Shown one piece after another: positions 7,439 to 16,540 of a stretch of 44,816 nt of DNA. The position numbers were made by a program, and so were the translations under genes. The number at the start of each line of letters is the position of its first letter. The stretch's first letter is position 1. This DNA is from Rhodothermales bacterium (GTDB lineage: Bacteria > Bacteroidota > Rhodothermia > Rhodothermales > UBA10348), in contig JABDJZ010000468.1 of NCBI GenBank assembly GCA_013003255.1, positions 1 through 44,816 on the forward strand, read 5' to 3'. Under the pieces are notes generated by a model that saw only the letters and a list, made by a program, of their open reading frames with translations, was not told the DNA's origin and did not search any database.

Positions 7439-9172
7439 ATGAGGCTATCATCCACGCTGCGAGCGGCCTTGTTCTGCGCCGCCGCCCTTTTCGGCGCACA
7501 GCAGACTCTTGCTCAGATCGCACCACCCTCCCGAACCGTTGCCATCACGGGCGCCACGGTCGTCACGGCCCCTGGCCAGTCCATTGATGGGGCCACGGTC
7601 GTCATCCGGGACGGCCTGATCACGGACGTCGGCATCGGCGTCGCCATCCCCTACGATGCCCGCGTGATCGAGGCTGACTCGATGTACGTGTACGCCGGGT
7701 TCATCGATGCCCTCTCGTACGTAGGCCAGGAGCCCCCGCGCCAGAACCAGGGCGGTGGAAACAACCAGAATCAGGTCGCTGACCGCGGTAACCCGCCTTT
7801 CGATCGCGCCGGGTTGGAGCCCTACCTGGATGTGCGTGACAAACTGGATGCGACCCACTCCTCCATCGAGGCACTCCGCAACCAGGGCTTCACGGCCGCG
7901 CATGCGGTGCCCAGGGGCCGGATGCTGCCGGGAAGTGGCGCGGTGGTCCTCCTGCAAGGAGACACGGCAGACGAGATGATTCTGGCGGCCGATGTGTCCA
8001 TGTTTGCCCAGTTCCAGGGCGGACAGGGTGTCTACCCCGGGACGCCCATGGCCATGATGGCAAAGATGCGGCAGTTGTATCGGGAGGCCGAACGGCGCCA
8101 CGCCCTGAGCGCCCTGTACAGCGACGACCCGCAGGGGATGAGTCGCCCACCCTATGACCCGGTGCACAGTTCTTTCTTCCCGGTCATCGAAGGCGACACC
8201 CCGGTATTCTTCCACGTGGATGACGCTCTGGAGGCCCACCGCGCGCTCACGCTGCGCGAGGAACTGGGCTTTCGCATGATTCTGACCGGCCTCCCGCAGG
8301 GCTATGACCTGGCCGAGAAGCTTGCCCGGAGCGGCGTGCCGATCGCAGTCACCACCGACTTCCCCAGGAAGCCGGGCTGGATGGCCTCAGTCAAGCGCGA
8401 CTCCCTGATGACCATCATGGAGAACTACGACCCGGACGTACGCACCGCCACGTGGCGTGACACCGAGGCAGAGGTTCGCTCTCTGGAGGCCCGCCAGGCC
8501 ATGGCCCGGGAGGACTACGTATCGAATGCGGCCACACTGGCTGATGCAGGTGCCCGGTTTGCCTTCACTTCCCTCGACACCCGGGCCGGCAACATCCACG
8601 ACAATATCGGGGAGATGCTTGCAGCCGGACTCGACACCACCGTCGCGCTTGCCGCACTGACCACCCAGGCCGCGGACGTTATCGGAATGTCCCGTGCAAT
8701 GGGCACGATTGAGCGCGGAAAGCTTGGCAACGTGGTCATTACCTCCGGCCCGCTATTTCGCGATGGCTCCGACATCAAGCACGTCCTCATTGAAGGGCAG
8801 ATCTACGACATCGAGTCCGCGGCTCCCGAACGCGGCGGTCGCGGTGCGGGAGAGGCCGGCGGTGGTCGCAGTCTGGCCGGCACCTGGACCGTTCTGGCCC
8901 AGACGCCCGACGGCGACATCGGCGGGACCTTTGAGGTGTCCGAATCCGGAGACGGATACCGCGGGTGGCTGACCTACGACGGCGTGAGCCAGGCCATTCC
9001 CGTGGATACCATTACGGTGGAAGGCTCGAGCGTGTCCTTCAGCTTCTCGTCTCCGGACGGACGGATCTCGGTCTCGATGACCCGCTCCGGCAATGAAATG
9101 AACGGTACCGCGCTTGTCGATGGTGCCAATGCGGTGTCCATCTCCATGGAACGCAGTAACCCGCAGGGATAA
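7439..9172 (+). CDS. Exported amidohydrolase-family protein (metal-binding HxH motif absent) with extra C-terminal beta-rich domain
   Basis: Signal peptide MRLSSTLRAALFCAAALFGAQQTLAQ. The amidohydrolase N-terminal beta-sandwich pattern is present (VAITGATVVTAPGQSIDGATVVIRDGLITDVG...). At the HxH position the sequence reads YAGFIDALSYVG. The C-terminal ~110 aa (GTWTVLAQTPDGDIGGTFEV...) is an add-on domain. The stop TAA overlaps the next ATG by 1 nt (TAATG). Confidence 0.82.
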   Translation: MRLSSTLRAALFCAAALFGAQQTLAQIAPPSRTVAITGATVVTAPGQSIDGATVVIRDGLITDVGIGVAIPYDARVIEADSMYVYAGFIDALSYVGQEPPRQNQGGGNNQNQVADRGNPPFDRAGLEPYLDVRDKLDATHSSIEALRNQGFTAAHAVPRGRMLPGSGAVVLLQGDTADEMILAADVSMFAQFQGGQGVYPGTPMAMMAKMRQLYREAERRHALSALYSDDPQGMSRPPYDPVHSSFFPVIEGDTPVFFHVDDALEAHRALTLREELGFRMILTGLPQGYDLAEKLARSGVPIAVTTDFPRKPGWMASVKRDSLMTIMENYDPDVRTATWRDTEAEVRSLEARQAMAREDYVSNAATLADAGARFAFTSLDTRAGNIHDNIGEMLAAGLDTTVALAALTTQAADVIGMSRAMGTIERGKLGNVVITSGPLFRDGSDIKHVLIEGQIYDIESAAPERGGRGAGEAGGGRSLAGTWTVLAQTPDGDIGGTFEVSESGDGYRGWLTYDGVSQAIPVDTITVEGSSVSFSFSSPDGRISVSMTRSGNEMNGTALVDGANAVSISMERSNPQG

Positions 9173-10530
9173 TGATGAAGACCATGAAATACCCAGTCGC
9201 CCTGTTGGCGGGCCTTCTTCTTGCCGCGATGCCGGCAGCACCCGAGGCTTCGGCCCAGGACGTCCTGATTCAGGGCGGGACCGTGCTGACCATCACGAAT
9301 GGCACGCTGGAAAACACCGACGTACTTGTCCGCGATGGGCGCATCAGCCGCATCGGAGCCGGCCTGGACGCGCCTGATGGCGTACCGGTGGTGGATGCCT
9401 CCGGCAAGTTTGTCATGCCGGGCATCATCGATGCCCACTCGCACATCGCACTGACCTCGGTCAACGAGGGCACCGCTCCCGTGACCGCAGAGGTCTCCAT
9501 GGAGGACGTGGTCGACCCGTATGACCTCTCCATCTACCGCGCGTTGGCCGGCGGCGTGACAGCTGCCCACCTGATGCACGGATCCGCCAACGTCATCGGC
9601 GGACAAAACGAAACCATCAAGCTGCGGTATGGCGCCACCGACCCGGACGAACTCAGGTTTGCCGGGGCCCCGCGCACCATCAAATTTGCCCTCGGTGAGA
9701 ACCCAACCCGGGTGCACGGACTGCGCGGCGTCAACAGCCCGGGTCGCCCTGCGCTCCGTCCTGCCTCCCGAATGGGGGTCGAGGCGGTGTTGCGTGAGAC
9801 GTTCGAGGCCGGCAAGCGCTATATGGAGGCTCAGGACGCCCACGCGGCGGCACGACGCAGCAACCCGCGCGCCGTGGGACCGGCCTATGACGGACGCCTG
9901 GAGGTCATCGCGGATATTCTGCGCGGCGAGATCCTGGTCCACTGCCACAGCTACCGCGCTGACGAAATCCTGATGCTGATGCGGGTCCTGAAGGACTACG
10001 GCGTGGAGAACATCACCTTCCAGCATGCCAATGAGGCCTTCAAAGTGGCGCCGGAACTGGCTGAATTCGGGGCCCGCGCCTCGGTCTTTTCGGACTGGTG
10101 GTCCTACAAGTTCGAGGTCTACTACTCGACGGCCTACAACGCGGCCATTCTGACGCGCAACGGCGTGACCACCTCTGTGAACTCGGACTCAGGCGAGCTC
10201 ATCCGACATCTCTACCACGAGGCTGCCAAGGCCCAGCGCTACGGAGGCCTGACCGATGACGAATCGCTCTCCCTCATCACGATCAATCCCGCCATTCAGC
10301 TGGGCATTGATGAGCGTGTAGGATCCATTGAGGTTGGCAAGGATGGGGACCTGGCCGTCTTCGACCAGCACCCCCTGTCTGTGTACGCCGTACCCCTGAT
10401 GACTTTCGTGGACGGGGTCAAGTACTTCGACCGCGCGGCTGACCGGGACGACATGCGCCTGGAGATCAACGTTACCACGAACCCGAGCGACGAGTTTTCC
10501 GAGCAGGAAGGCAGCGTCCACAACCAGTAG
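9172..10530 (+). CDS. Exported amidohydrolase (imidazolonepropionase / Xaa-Pro-dipeptidase-like subgroup), catalytic motifs intact
   Basis: Signal peptide MMKTMKYPVALLAGLLLAAMPAAPEASAQ. A canonical PGIIDAHSHIAL (HxH) is present. Later His/Asp ligand candidates are LVHCHSY, ITFQHAN and VNSDSG, and the segment GSIEVGKDGDLAVFD is typical of the family. Confidence 0.9.
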   Translation: MMKTMKYPVALLAGLLLAAMPAAPEASAQDVLIQGGTVLTITNGTLENTDVLVRDGRISRIGAGLDAPDGVPVVDASGKFVMPGIIDAHSHIALTSVNEGTAPVTAEVSMEDVVDPYDLSIYRALAGGVTAAHLMHGSANVIGGQNETIKLRYGATDPDELRFAGAPRTIKFALGENPTRVHGLRGVNSPGRPALRPASRMGVEAVLRETFEAGKRYMEAQDAHAAARRSNPRAVGPAYDGRLEVIADILRGEILVHCHSYRADEILMLMRVLKDYGVENITFQHANEAFKVAPELAEFGARASVFSDWWSYKFEVYYSTAYNAAILTRNGVTTSVNSDSGELIRHLYHEAAKAQRYGGLTDDESLSLITINPAIQLGIDERVGSIEVGKDGDLAVFDQHPLSVYAVPLMTFVDGVKYFDRAADRDDMRLEINVTTNPSDEFSEQEGSVHNQ

Positions 10531-10538
10531 GAGCACCC

Positions 10539-11864
10539 ATGCAGACATTTTTTGGAATTATGCTCGTGGCGCTCCTTCAGGTGCAGCCACAGGAAGTCCC
10601 CAAGGCCAAGCAAGGCACGTACGCGGTAACCAACGCCCGCATTGAGACCGTCACCAACGGGGTGATTGAGAACGGAACCATCGTGGTGCAGGCTGACCGC
10701 ATCATCGCCATCGGCGCGAATGTTGAAGTGCCTGAGGGCGCCGAAATCATCGATGCCAACGGGCGCTCGGTTTTCCCCGGAATGATCGATGGCGGCACCA
10801 CGCTGGGCCTCACAGAGATCGGCTCCGTCCAGGAAACCAATGACAGCCAGGAGGTCGGCGACATCACGCCCCAGATGGAATCCCTGACGGCCATTAATCC
10901 GAATGCGGTAGCCATTCCGGTGACCCGGGTCAGCGGCGTCACGACCGTGGTAGCCGAACCGAGCGGTGGAACGCTGCCCGGCGCGGCCTCGGTCATCAAC
11001 CTTGTGGGGTACACCCCGGAGCAGATGAGCACCGGGACCCGCCTTCAGGTGCTGAGCTGGCCGACCACCGGCCGGCGAGGGTTCTGGGACCGGCGATCCG
11101 ACGACGACATTGAGAAGGCCGCCAAGGAGTCACTGGCCAAGCTGGATGACGTTTTTGATGACGCCGAACTGTATTCAGGGATTCTGGAGGCCTGGGAAGC
11201 CGGTACCGGCGACCGTCAACCCGAATTCGCCCCCGAGCTCGCCGCCCTTGTCCCCGTGGTTCGGGGCGAGATGCGCCTGATGGTTCGTGTGAACCGCGCC
11301 AAGGATATCGAGAAGGCCATCGACTGGGTCACCGAGCGCGGCTACATGGCCGTTCTGAGTGGCGTCTCCGAAGGCTGGCGGGTGGCCGACAAGATTGCGG
11401 AGTCCGGATTCCCGGTGATCGTCGGCCCCGTCTTCTCAACCCCCACCCGCCCGGGTGACCGGTATGACCGGGCCTACGCAAACGCAGGCCTTCTGAACGC
11501 GGCCGGCGTCACCGTGGCCATCCGTTCGGGCGAGTCGGAGAATGTGCGCAACCTGCCTTTCAGCGCTGGATTCGCCGCCACCTACGGGATGGGACGTGAG
11601 GCAGCACTCAAGGCGGTGACCATCAACGCGGCTACCGCGCTCGGCATCGACGGAGACTACGGCTCCCTGGAGGTCGGCAAGAAGGCCAACTTCCTGGTTT
11701 CCAACGGCGATCCATTCGAGCCGGCCACCGAGATCAGCGAGGTGTTCATTGACGGTTTCCGGGTACCCATCGACAGTAGACATATTCAGCTCTACAAGGA
11801 ATTCCTGAACCGGGACTCCGGGAGACTCCAGCCTGTGGAGATCGTGCCACCCGTTCGTAACTGA
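10539..11864 (+). CDS. Amidohydrolase-family protein (HxH motif absent), third gene of the cassette
   Basis: Hydrophobic N-terminus MQTFFGIMLVALLQV. It shares the architecture of the preceding genes (YAVTNARIETVTNGVIENGTIVVQADRIIAIG...DANGRSVFPGMIDGGTTLGL), but the HxH position reads GGT. The C-terminal GSLEVGKKANFLVSNGDPFE is family-typical. It starts 8 nt after the upstream stop. Confidence 0.82.
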   Translation: MQTFFGIMLVALLQVQPQEVPKAKQGTYAVTNARIETVTNGVIENGTIVVQADRIIAIGANVEVPEGAEIIDANGRSVFPGMIDGGTTLGLTEIGSVQETNDSQEVGDITPQMESLTAINPNAVAIPVTRVSGVTTVVAEPSGGTLPGAASVINLVGYTPEQMSTGTRLQVLSWPTTGRRGFWDRRSDDDIEKAAKESLAKLDDVFDDAELYSGILEAWEAGTGDRQPEFAPELAALVPVVRGEMRLMVRVNRAKDIEKAIDWVTERGYMAVLSGVSEGWRVADKIAESGFPVIVGPVFSTPTRPGDRYDRAYANAGLLNAAGVTVAIRSGESENVRNLPFSAGFAATYGMGREAALKAVTINAATALGIDGDYGSLEVGKKANFLVSNGDPFEPATEISEVFIDGFRVPIDSRHIQLYKEFLNRDSGRLQPVEIVPPVRN

Positions 11865-11929
11865 GGGGCCGGGCCCGGTTGAGCGGGCGTCGGCATCCGG
11901 CTGGCGAAAGGCCTGACACCTGGCCGGGA

Positions 11930-12745
11930 CTAGGCGCGCTCTTCGGCCTTGGCCTCGTCCCAGTACACGTCCATCTCTTGCAGGGACGCATCCTTCGGGG
12001 TGCGTCCCTGCTCGCGTAAACGGGCTTCGATGTGCTGGAAACGGCGGCGGAACTTGTCGTTGGTTCTCCGAAGCGCGTTCTCGGCATTCAGTCCCTGAAA
12101 CCGGGCGTAGTTGACCAGGGCGAAGAACACATCGCCCAATTCATCCTCGAGCCTCTCCGGGGTGGCCTCGGATTCTGCCAGTGCGCCGAACTCCCCCACC
12201 TCCTCGACCACTTTATCCCAAGCGCCCGATGCCTCGGGGAAGTCAAACCCTACGCCGGCCGCCTTCTCCTGCATGCGGTGGGCACGAAGCAACGCCGGCA
12301 GCTGAGCCGGGACCCCATCAAGGGCACTCTTCCGGCCCTTCTCCTTCATCTTGATCTCTTCCCAATTGGTCAGCACCTGGCCCACGCCATCGACCTGCGT
12401 ATCACCGAACACGTGCGGGTGGCGCACGACCAGCTTCTGGGTCTCATCGTCGATGACATCCTTCATCGTGAAGCGCCCGTCCTGCTCGGCCATCACACTG
12501 TGGAAGACCACGTGCAGGAGCAGGTCACCCAGCTCCTTCCGGAGTTCTGTCCAGTCCTCCCGGTCGATGGCTTCCACCGTCTCGTAGGCCTCTTCGATCA
12601 GCAGGTGCTTGACTGATTCGTGGGTCTGCTCGCGGTCCCAGGGGCAGTCCCGGCGCAACTGCCGGATAATGGCCACAAAATCGGCATAGGCCTCCACGGC
12701 CGGCGCCGATTCGGTGAACTCGGAATCGAAGATTTTCTCGGACAT
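11930..12745 (-). CDS. mazG: Nucleoside triphosphate pyrophosphohydrolase MazG (tandem MazG domains)
   Basis: ORF 11930..12832. MazG hallmarks are present: LRRDCPWDREQTHESVKHLLIEEAYETVEAI, ELGDLLLHVVFH, HPHVFGD and a second domain EELGDVFFALVNYARF. The ATG at 12745 (MSEKIF...) gives the usual ~270-aa length; the upstream extension looks non-coding. Confidence 0.9.
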   Translation of the reverse strand: MSEKIFDSEFTESAPAVEAYADFVAIIRQLRRDCPWDREQTHESVKHLLIEEAYETVEAIDREDWTELRKELGDLLLHVVFHSVMAEQDGRFTMKDVIDDETQKLVVRHPHVFGDTQVDGVGQVLTNWEEIKMKEKGRKSALDGVPAQLPALLRAHRMQEKAAGVGFDFPEASGAWDKVVEEVGEFGALAESEATPERLEDELGDVFFALVNYARFQGLNAENALRRTNDKFRRRFQHIEARLREQGRTPKDASLQEMDVYWDEAKAEERA

Positions 12746-13011
12746 GAAGCGGGTCGGATGGGTGCCGGCGGGGCTGCGCGCGGTGGGTGTTTTCGGGGTC
12801 GAAAGTTGTCCACAATGACAGCCTGCTGTCATCGGGTCGGTGTATCATTGGCCCATCCACGGACAATGCCGTGTTGCGTTCCATGGGGGCTGGTGCCTCT
12901 GGGAATGCAGCCGGGGCCGTGGACCTTACATCTTCTGGATTACACACGTGTGAGTAACCAGGGGTTCATGTACAACGGCTGAATCAGCCAACCACAGGAG
13001 GTGTAATCACT

Positions 13012-13497
13012 ATGGCAAGAGGAATCAACAAGGTCATTCTCGTCGGAAACCTGGGTCAGGACCCGGAACTCCGATACACGGGCAGCGGCACCGCCGTCTG
13101 CAACATGAGACTGGCAACCAACGAATCGTACAAGGACGCCAACGGCGACTGGATTGAGCGCACCGAGTGGCACTCAATCGTGGCCTGGGCGCGACTTGCG
13201 GAAATCTGCAACGAGTACCTGAAGAAGGGCTCCCAGGTGTACTTCGAAGGGTCACTCCAGACGCGGTCCTACGAAGACCGGGATGGCAACACCCGGTATA
13301 CCACGGAGATCAAAGCCCGCGAGATGATGATGCTCGGAGGCCGAGAGGAGAGCTTCAACACCGGGGGCGCAAGGCCGCAGCGCGTGGAACAGTCCGCGCC
13401 GGCAAAGCCAGTCGCCACCGCGGTATCGGACTCGGGAAACTCGGTCAAGTCAGGAGATGACTACACGTTCGAACCGGATGATGAACTCCCGTTCTAG
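13012..13497 (+). CDS. ssb: Single-stranded DNA-binding protein
   Basis: [38 protein letters not shown]...[40 protein letters not shown] forms the OB fold. A Gly/Pro/Ala-rich linker and the acidic tip DDELPF follow. An AGGAGG sits at 12996-13001 upstream of the ATG. Confidence 0.95.
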   Translation: MARGINKVILVGNLGQDPELRYTGSGTAVCNMRLATNESYKDANGDWIERTEWHSIVAWARLAEICNEYLKKGSQVYFEGSLQTRSYEDRDGNTRYTTEIKAREMMMLGGREESFNTGGARPQRVEQSAPAKPVATAVSDSGNSVKSGDDYTFEPDDELPF

Positions 13498-13543
13498 GCG
13501 TTGACCCGGCATCCAAACGGCGTGCCGTCCAACCGACACTGAG

Positions 13544-13602
13544 AGGTCGCTTCGAATCGCTCCCCTGAAAGAGCGTTAGGAGCGACCTTTCTTGTTATTA
13601 TT
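13544..13602 (+). terminator. Intrinsic terminator after ssb
   Basis: An 8-bp outer stem AGGTCGCT (13544-13551) / AGCGACCT (13581-13588) encloses an inner CGCTC/GAGCG stem. It is followed by the T-rich tract TTCTTGTTATTATT. Confidence 0.6.
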
Positions 13603-13673
13603 ACCCAGTGACTCTCCGGGCCCTTTCGACCGGGGAAGTCAGACGCACCCCCAACACCAAACCTCTCGATAGC

Positions 13674-15041
13674 ATGGCGATGGCATCGCGCGACCAATGG
13701 AGCGGTCGCATGGGATTCATCTTTGCAGCTGCCGGATCGGCCATTGGCCTCGGCAACATCTGGCGATTCCCGTACACGGCCGGCGAGAGTGGTGGCGGTG
13801 CGTTCGTGCTCCTGTACCTCTTCTTTGTCGCTGTGATCGGAATCCCGGTCGTATTGTCGGAACTGGCCATTGGCCGGACCACCCAGCGAAACCCGGTCGG
13901 GGCATTCAAGGCGCTGGTGCCGGGGAGCTTGTGGCCGTATGTCGGCGGCCTTGGAGTACTGACCGGCTTCGGCATCCTGGCCTTCTATGCCGTCATCGCC
14001 GGATGGACGCTTTCTTACCTCTATGGCGCCCTGACGGGTGTATACGGGGGTGTGTTGGACGGCGAACAGAGCCTGGCCCTCTTCACCGAGCTCATCTCGG
14101 ATCCGACGATGCCCATCGTCCTTTCGGGCATCTTCATCGTGTTGACCATCATTGTGGTCCGCGGCGGGGTGTCGAAGGGGATTGAACGGGTCACCAAGGT
14201 TCTCATGCCACTCCTGCTGGTCATCCTGGTGATTCTCGCCATCCGGTCAGTCACCCTCCCCGGTGGCGTGGACGGCCTGGTCTATCTCTTCAAACCGGAT
14301 TTTTCCAAGATCACCATCTCCGTGGTGATGAGTGCGCTGGGGCAGGCCCTGTTCTCTCTCTCGCTCGGCATGGGCGCCATGATTACGTACGGGAGCTACT
14401 TCCCGGACAAGGAAAACCTGCCGAGCGCCGGGATCACCGTTGCCTTCTTTGACACGGCCATTGCCATCCTGGCGGGACTCATCATCTTTCCGGCGCTTTT
14501 CTCCGTCGGAGTCGAGCCTGGAGCCGGCCCGGGGCTGGTCTTTGTGGTCCTGCCGTCCATCTTTGGCAGCCTGCCAGCCGGTCAGCTGTTTGCCATCGCG
14601 TTCTATGCCCTTCTAGCCATCGCCGCACTGACCTCAACCATTTCGCTCCTCGAGGTCGTGGTCTCCTATTTCGTGGATGAAAAGGGGTGGAGCCGCAACA
14701 AGTCCGCCTGGGTGCTGGGCGGCCTCTGCTTTGTTCTGGCGGTCCCGTCAGCACTGGCCAGCGGGGCTTCCCCGATGTTCACTGACTTCCTGGGAACGGG
14801 GGTCGATTTCCTTACGCTGAACAACAACATCTGGGGGAACTACTCCCTGTCCATCGGCGCGATTTCGCTGTGCATCTTTGTCGGCTACAAGTGGGGCGTG
14901 CCGAATGCACTGGCATCACTTGAAGCCTCGGGCCACAAACTCCCGGCTCCGGCACTGTTCGGGTTTCTGGTCCGCTACGTGTGCCCGGCCGCAGTCGGCG
15001 CTGTTCTTATCTACGTGATTGTAACCGGCAACTACTTCTAG
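13674..15041 (+). CDS. Sodium-dependent transporter, SNF (neurotransmitter:sodium symporter) family
   Basis: ORF 13608..15041. The signature GFIFAAAGSAIGLGNIWRFPYTAGESGGGAF is present, and the sequence is multi-TM and hydrophobic throughout. The ATG at 13674 (MAMASRDQWSGRMGFI...) is preferred over the GTG at 13608. Confidence 0.9.
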   Translation: MAMASRDQWSGRMGFIFAAAGSAIGLGNIWRFPYTAGESGGGAFVLLYLFFVAVIGIPVVLSELAIGRTTQRNPVGAFKALVPGSLWPYVGGLGVLTGFGILAFYAVIAGWTLSYLYGALTGVYGGVLDGEQSLALFTELISDPTMPIVLSGIFIVLTIIVVRGGVSKGIERVTKVLMPLLLVILVILAIRSVTLPGGVDGLVYLFKPDFSKITISVVMSALGQALFSLSLGMGAMITYGSYFPDKENLPSAGITVAFFDTAIAILAGLIIFPALFSVGVEPGAGPGLVFVVLPSIFGSLPAGQLFAIAFYALLAIAALTSTISLLEVVVSYFVDEKGWSRNKSAWVLGGLCFVLAVPSALASGASPMFTDFLGTGVDFLTLNNNIWGNYSLSIGAISLCIFVGYKWGVPNALASLEASGHKLPAPALFGFLVRYVCPAAVGAVLIYVIVTGNYF

Positions 15042-15081
15042 TCCCGGCCCCGCTTCGTGCAGCCTACCCGTACCACTCCAC

Positions 15082-16473
15082 GTGGACCCCGACCCTGACT
15101 GGGCCCATACCGCCGTGTTGTTGATGCAAGCCGTTCCCATGGACGGCGGAGCCCTCCTCTGGTCGGGCGTGGTCCTGCTCACGCTGCTGCTCATGTCCGC
15201 GGTGTTTTCCGGGTCCGAAGTCGCCCTGTTCTCCCTGGACAGCGCCGACAAGGACGCGTTGGCAGCCAGTGACGACGCCAGGAGTCGACGCGTGCTCCAA
15301 TTGCTGGAGCGCCCCGGTGCCATCCTGATCTCGATCCTGATCCTGAACACCGTCGTAAACGTCGGTGCGGCTGTCCTGGCAGCTGTCATCACGCACGATC
15401 TGGCGGAGGCCTACAGCTGGAATCCGGCACTGACGGTAGCGCTCGAGATCATTGCCCTGACGTTCGTCCTGCTGATCGTGAGCGAGATTTCCCCCAAACT
15501 GCTGGCCACCAACAACGCCCGGGTGTTCAGTCGCTTTGTGTCGGGCCCCCTCCTGCTCTTCCACCGGATTCTGTGGCCTGTTTCCACGTGGGTCTCGTCC
15601 CGCATGCAGTCCTTCCACGAACGCTTTGATTCGGTCCAGACCCGGCTGTCTGCCGATGACCTGAAGACGATGGCGGAGATCGGGGAGGCACACGGCACCA
15701 TCCAGGAGGACGAGCGCGAACTCATCCACTCCATCGTAGAGTTTGGAGAGACCACCGTTCGCGAAATCATGGTTTCGCGGTTGGACGTTGTCGCCCTGTC
15801 CTCGGAGGCCACCTTGAGCGAGGCCATCTCAACCATCCGATCAAGCGGCCATTCCAGGATTCCTCTCTACGCCGGCCACCTCGACAACATCCTCGGCATC
15901 GTCTACGCCAAGGACATCCTGCGCTTCCTGTCTGAAGACCCCCGACCGGAAAGCATGGACTGGGCCCAACTGGTCCGGATTCCGATTTTCGTCCCCCTCT
16001 CCAAGAACCTCGACGACCTCCTGACCGACTTCCAGACGCGCAAGACGCACATAGCCGTGGTGGTGGACGAGTACGGGGGTACGGCCGGATTGGTGACTCT
16101 GGAGGATGTCCTGGAAGAGATCGTCGGTGAAATCCAGGACGAGCATGACGAACAGGAAGAAGCGCAGGTCGAAGAGTTGGATGACGGTAGCTACCGGGTG
16201 GATGCCCGAATCGACCTCGACGACCTGAACGATTACCTCGAGACCACCCTCGATACGGACAGTTTTGACTTCGAGACGCTGGCCGGTCTCGTGATGTCGG
16301 TGGGTGGCTCCATTCCCGAGGAGGGAGACGAGATCGCCTTCCAGAACCTCAACCTGCGGGTCGAAACCGTTGAAAACAACCGTATTGGACAGGTAGTCCT
16401 CCGCGTTGAGGAAGAACCTGACGCAGAGGCCGGTGGAAGTGAAGCCGCCGATTCCTCCAGCCCAGAAACTTGA
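15082..16473 (+). CDS. CNNM/DUF21 + CBS-pair + CorC_HlyC hemolysin-family protein (GldE-like)
   Basis: It has a DUF21 membrane domain (LLLMSAVFSGSEVALFSL) and a CBS pair (TVREIMVSRLDVVAL...; IPLYAGHLDNILGIVYAKDIL). A CorC/HlyC C-terminal domain is present (YRVDARIDLDDLNDYL...FETLAGLVMSVGGSIPEEGDEI), followed by an acidic tail. The GTG at 15082 gives MDPDPD..., which resembles my recollection of flavobacterial GldE N-termini. ATG alternatives lie at 15124 and 15139. Confidence 0.85.
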   Translation: MDPDPDWAHTAVLLMQAVPMDGGALLWSGVVLLTLLLMSAVFSGSEVALFSLDSADKDALAASDDARSRRVLQLLERPGAILISILILNTVVNVGAAVLAAVITHDLAEAYSWNPALTVALEIIALTFVLLIVSEISPKLLATNNARVFSRFVSGPLLLFHRILWPVSTWVSSRMQSFHERFDSVQTRLSADDLKTMAEIGEAHGTIQEDERELIHSIVEFGETTVREIMVSRLDVVALSSEATLSEAISTIRSSGHSRIPLYAGHLDNILGIVYAKDILRFLSEDPRPESMDWAQLVRIPIFVPLSKNLDDLLTDFQTRKTHIAVVVDEYGGTAGLVTLEDVLEEIVGEIQDEHDEQEEAQVEELDDGSYRVDARIDLDDLNDYLETTLDTDSFDFETLAGLVMSVGGSIPEEGDEIAFQNLNLRVETVENNRIGQVVLRVEEEPDAEAGGSEAADSSSPET

Positions 16474-16540
16474 CCCTGCCGCCGCGATTCAACTCGCCCT
16501 CGCCCGCTTAGAGGCGACTTCCCACGCCAGCCCCACGACC

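Noticed and set aside
8974-10026. 350-aa minus ORF, plus the other minus/plus shadows 7448..8239, 8753..9241 and 10577..11032, across the amidohydrolase cassette
   Set aside because: They are antisense or out-of-frame to three colinear amidohydrolase paralogues with signal peptides and family motifs. They have no motifs of their own.
7051-11864. Idea that EutN plus the three amidohydrolases form a novel microcompartment locus
   Set aside because: There is no BMC-H/T shell gene. All three amidohydrolase-family proteins start with signal peptides, which implies export and is incompatible with cytoplasmic encapsulation.
16406-16540. Long N-terminal extensions suggested by the ORF track for purF, mazG, tsaB, the SpoIID protein, the EF-G paralogue, the asparaginase and the large lipoprotein
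   Set aside because: In each case an internal start reproduces the family-typical N-terminus or a clean signal/lipoprotein peptide. The extension either overlaps the neighbouring gene or has non-coding-like composition.
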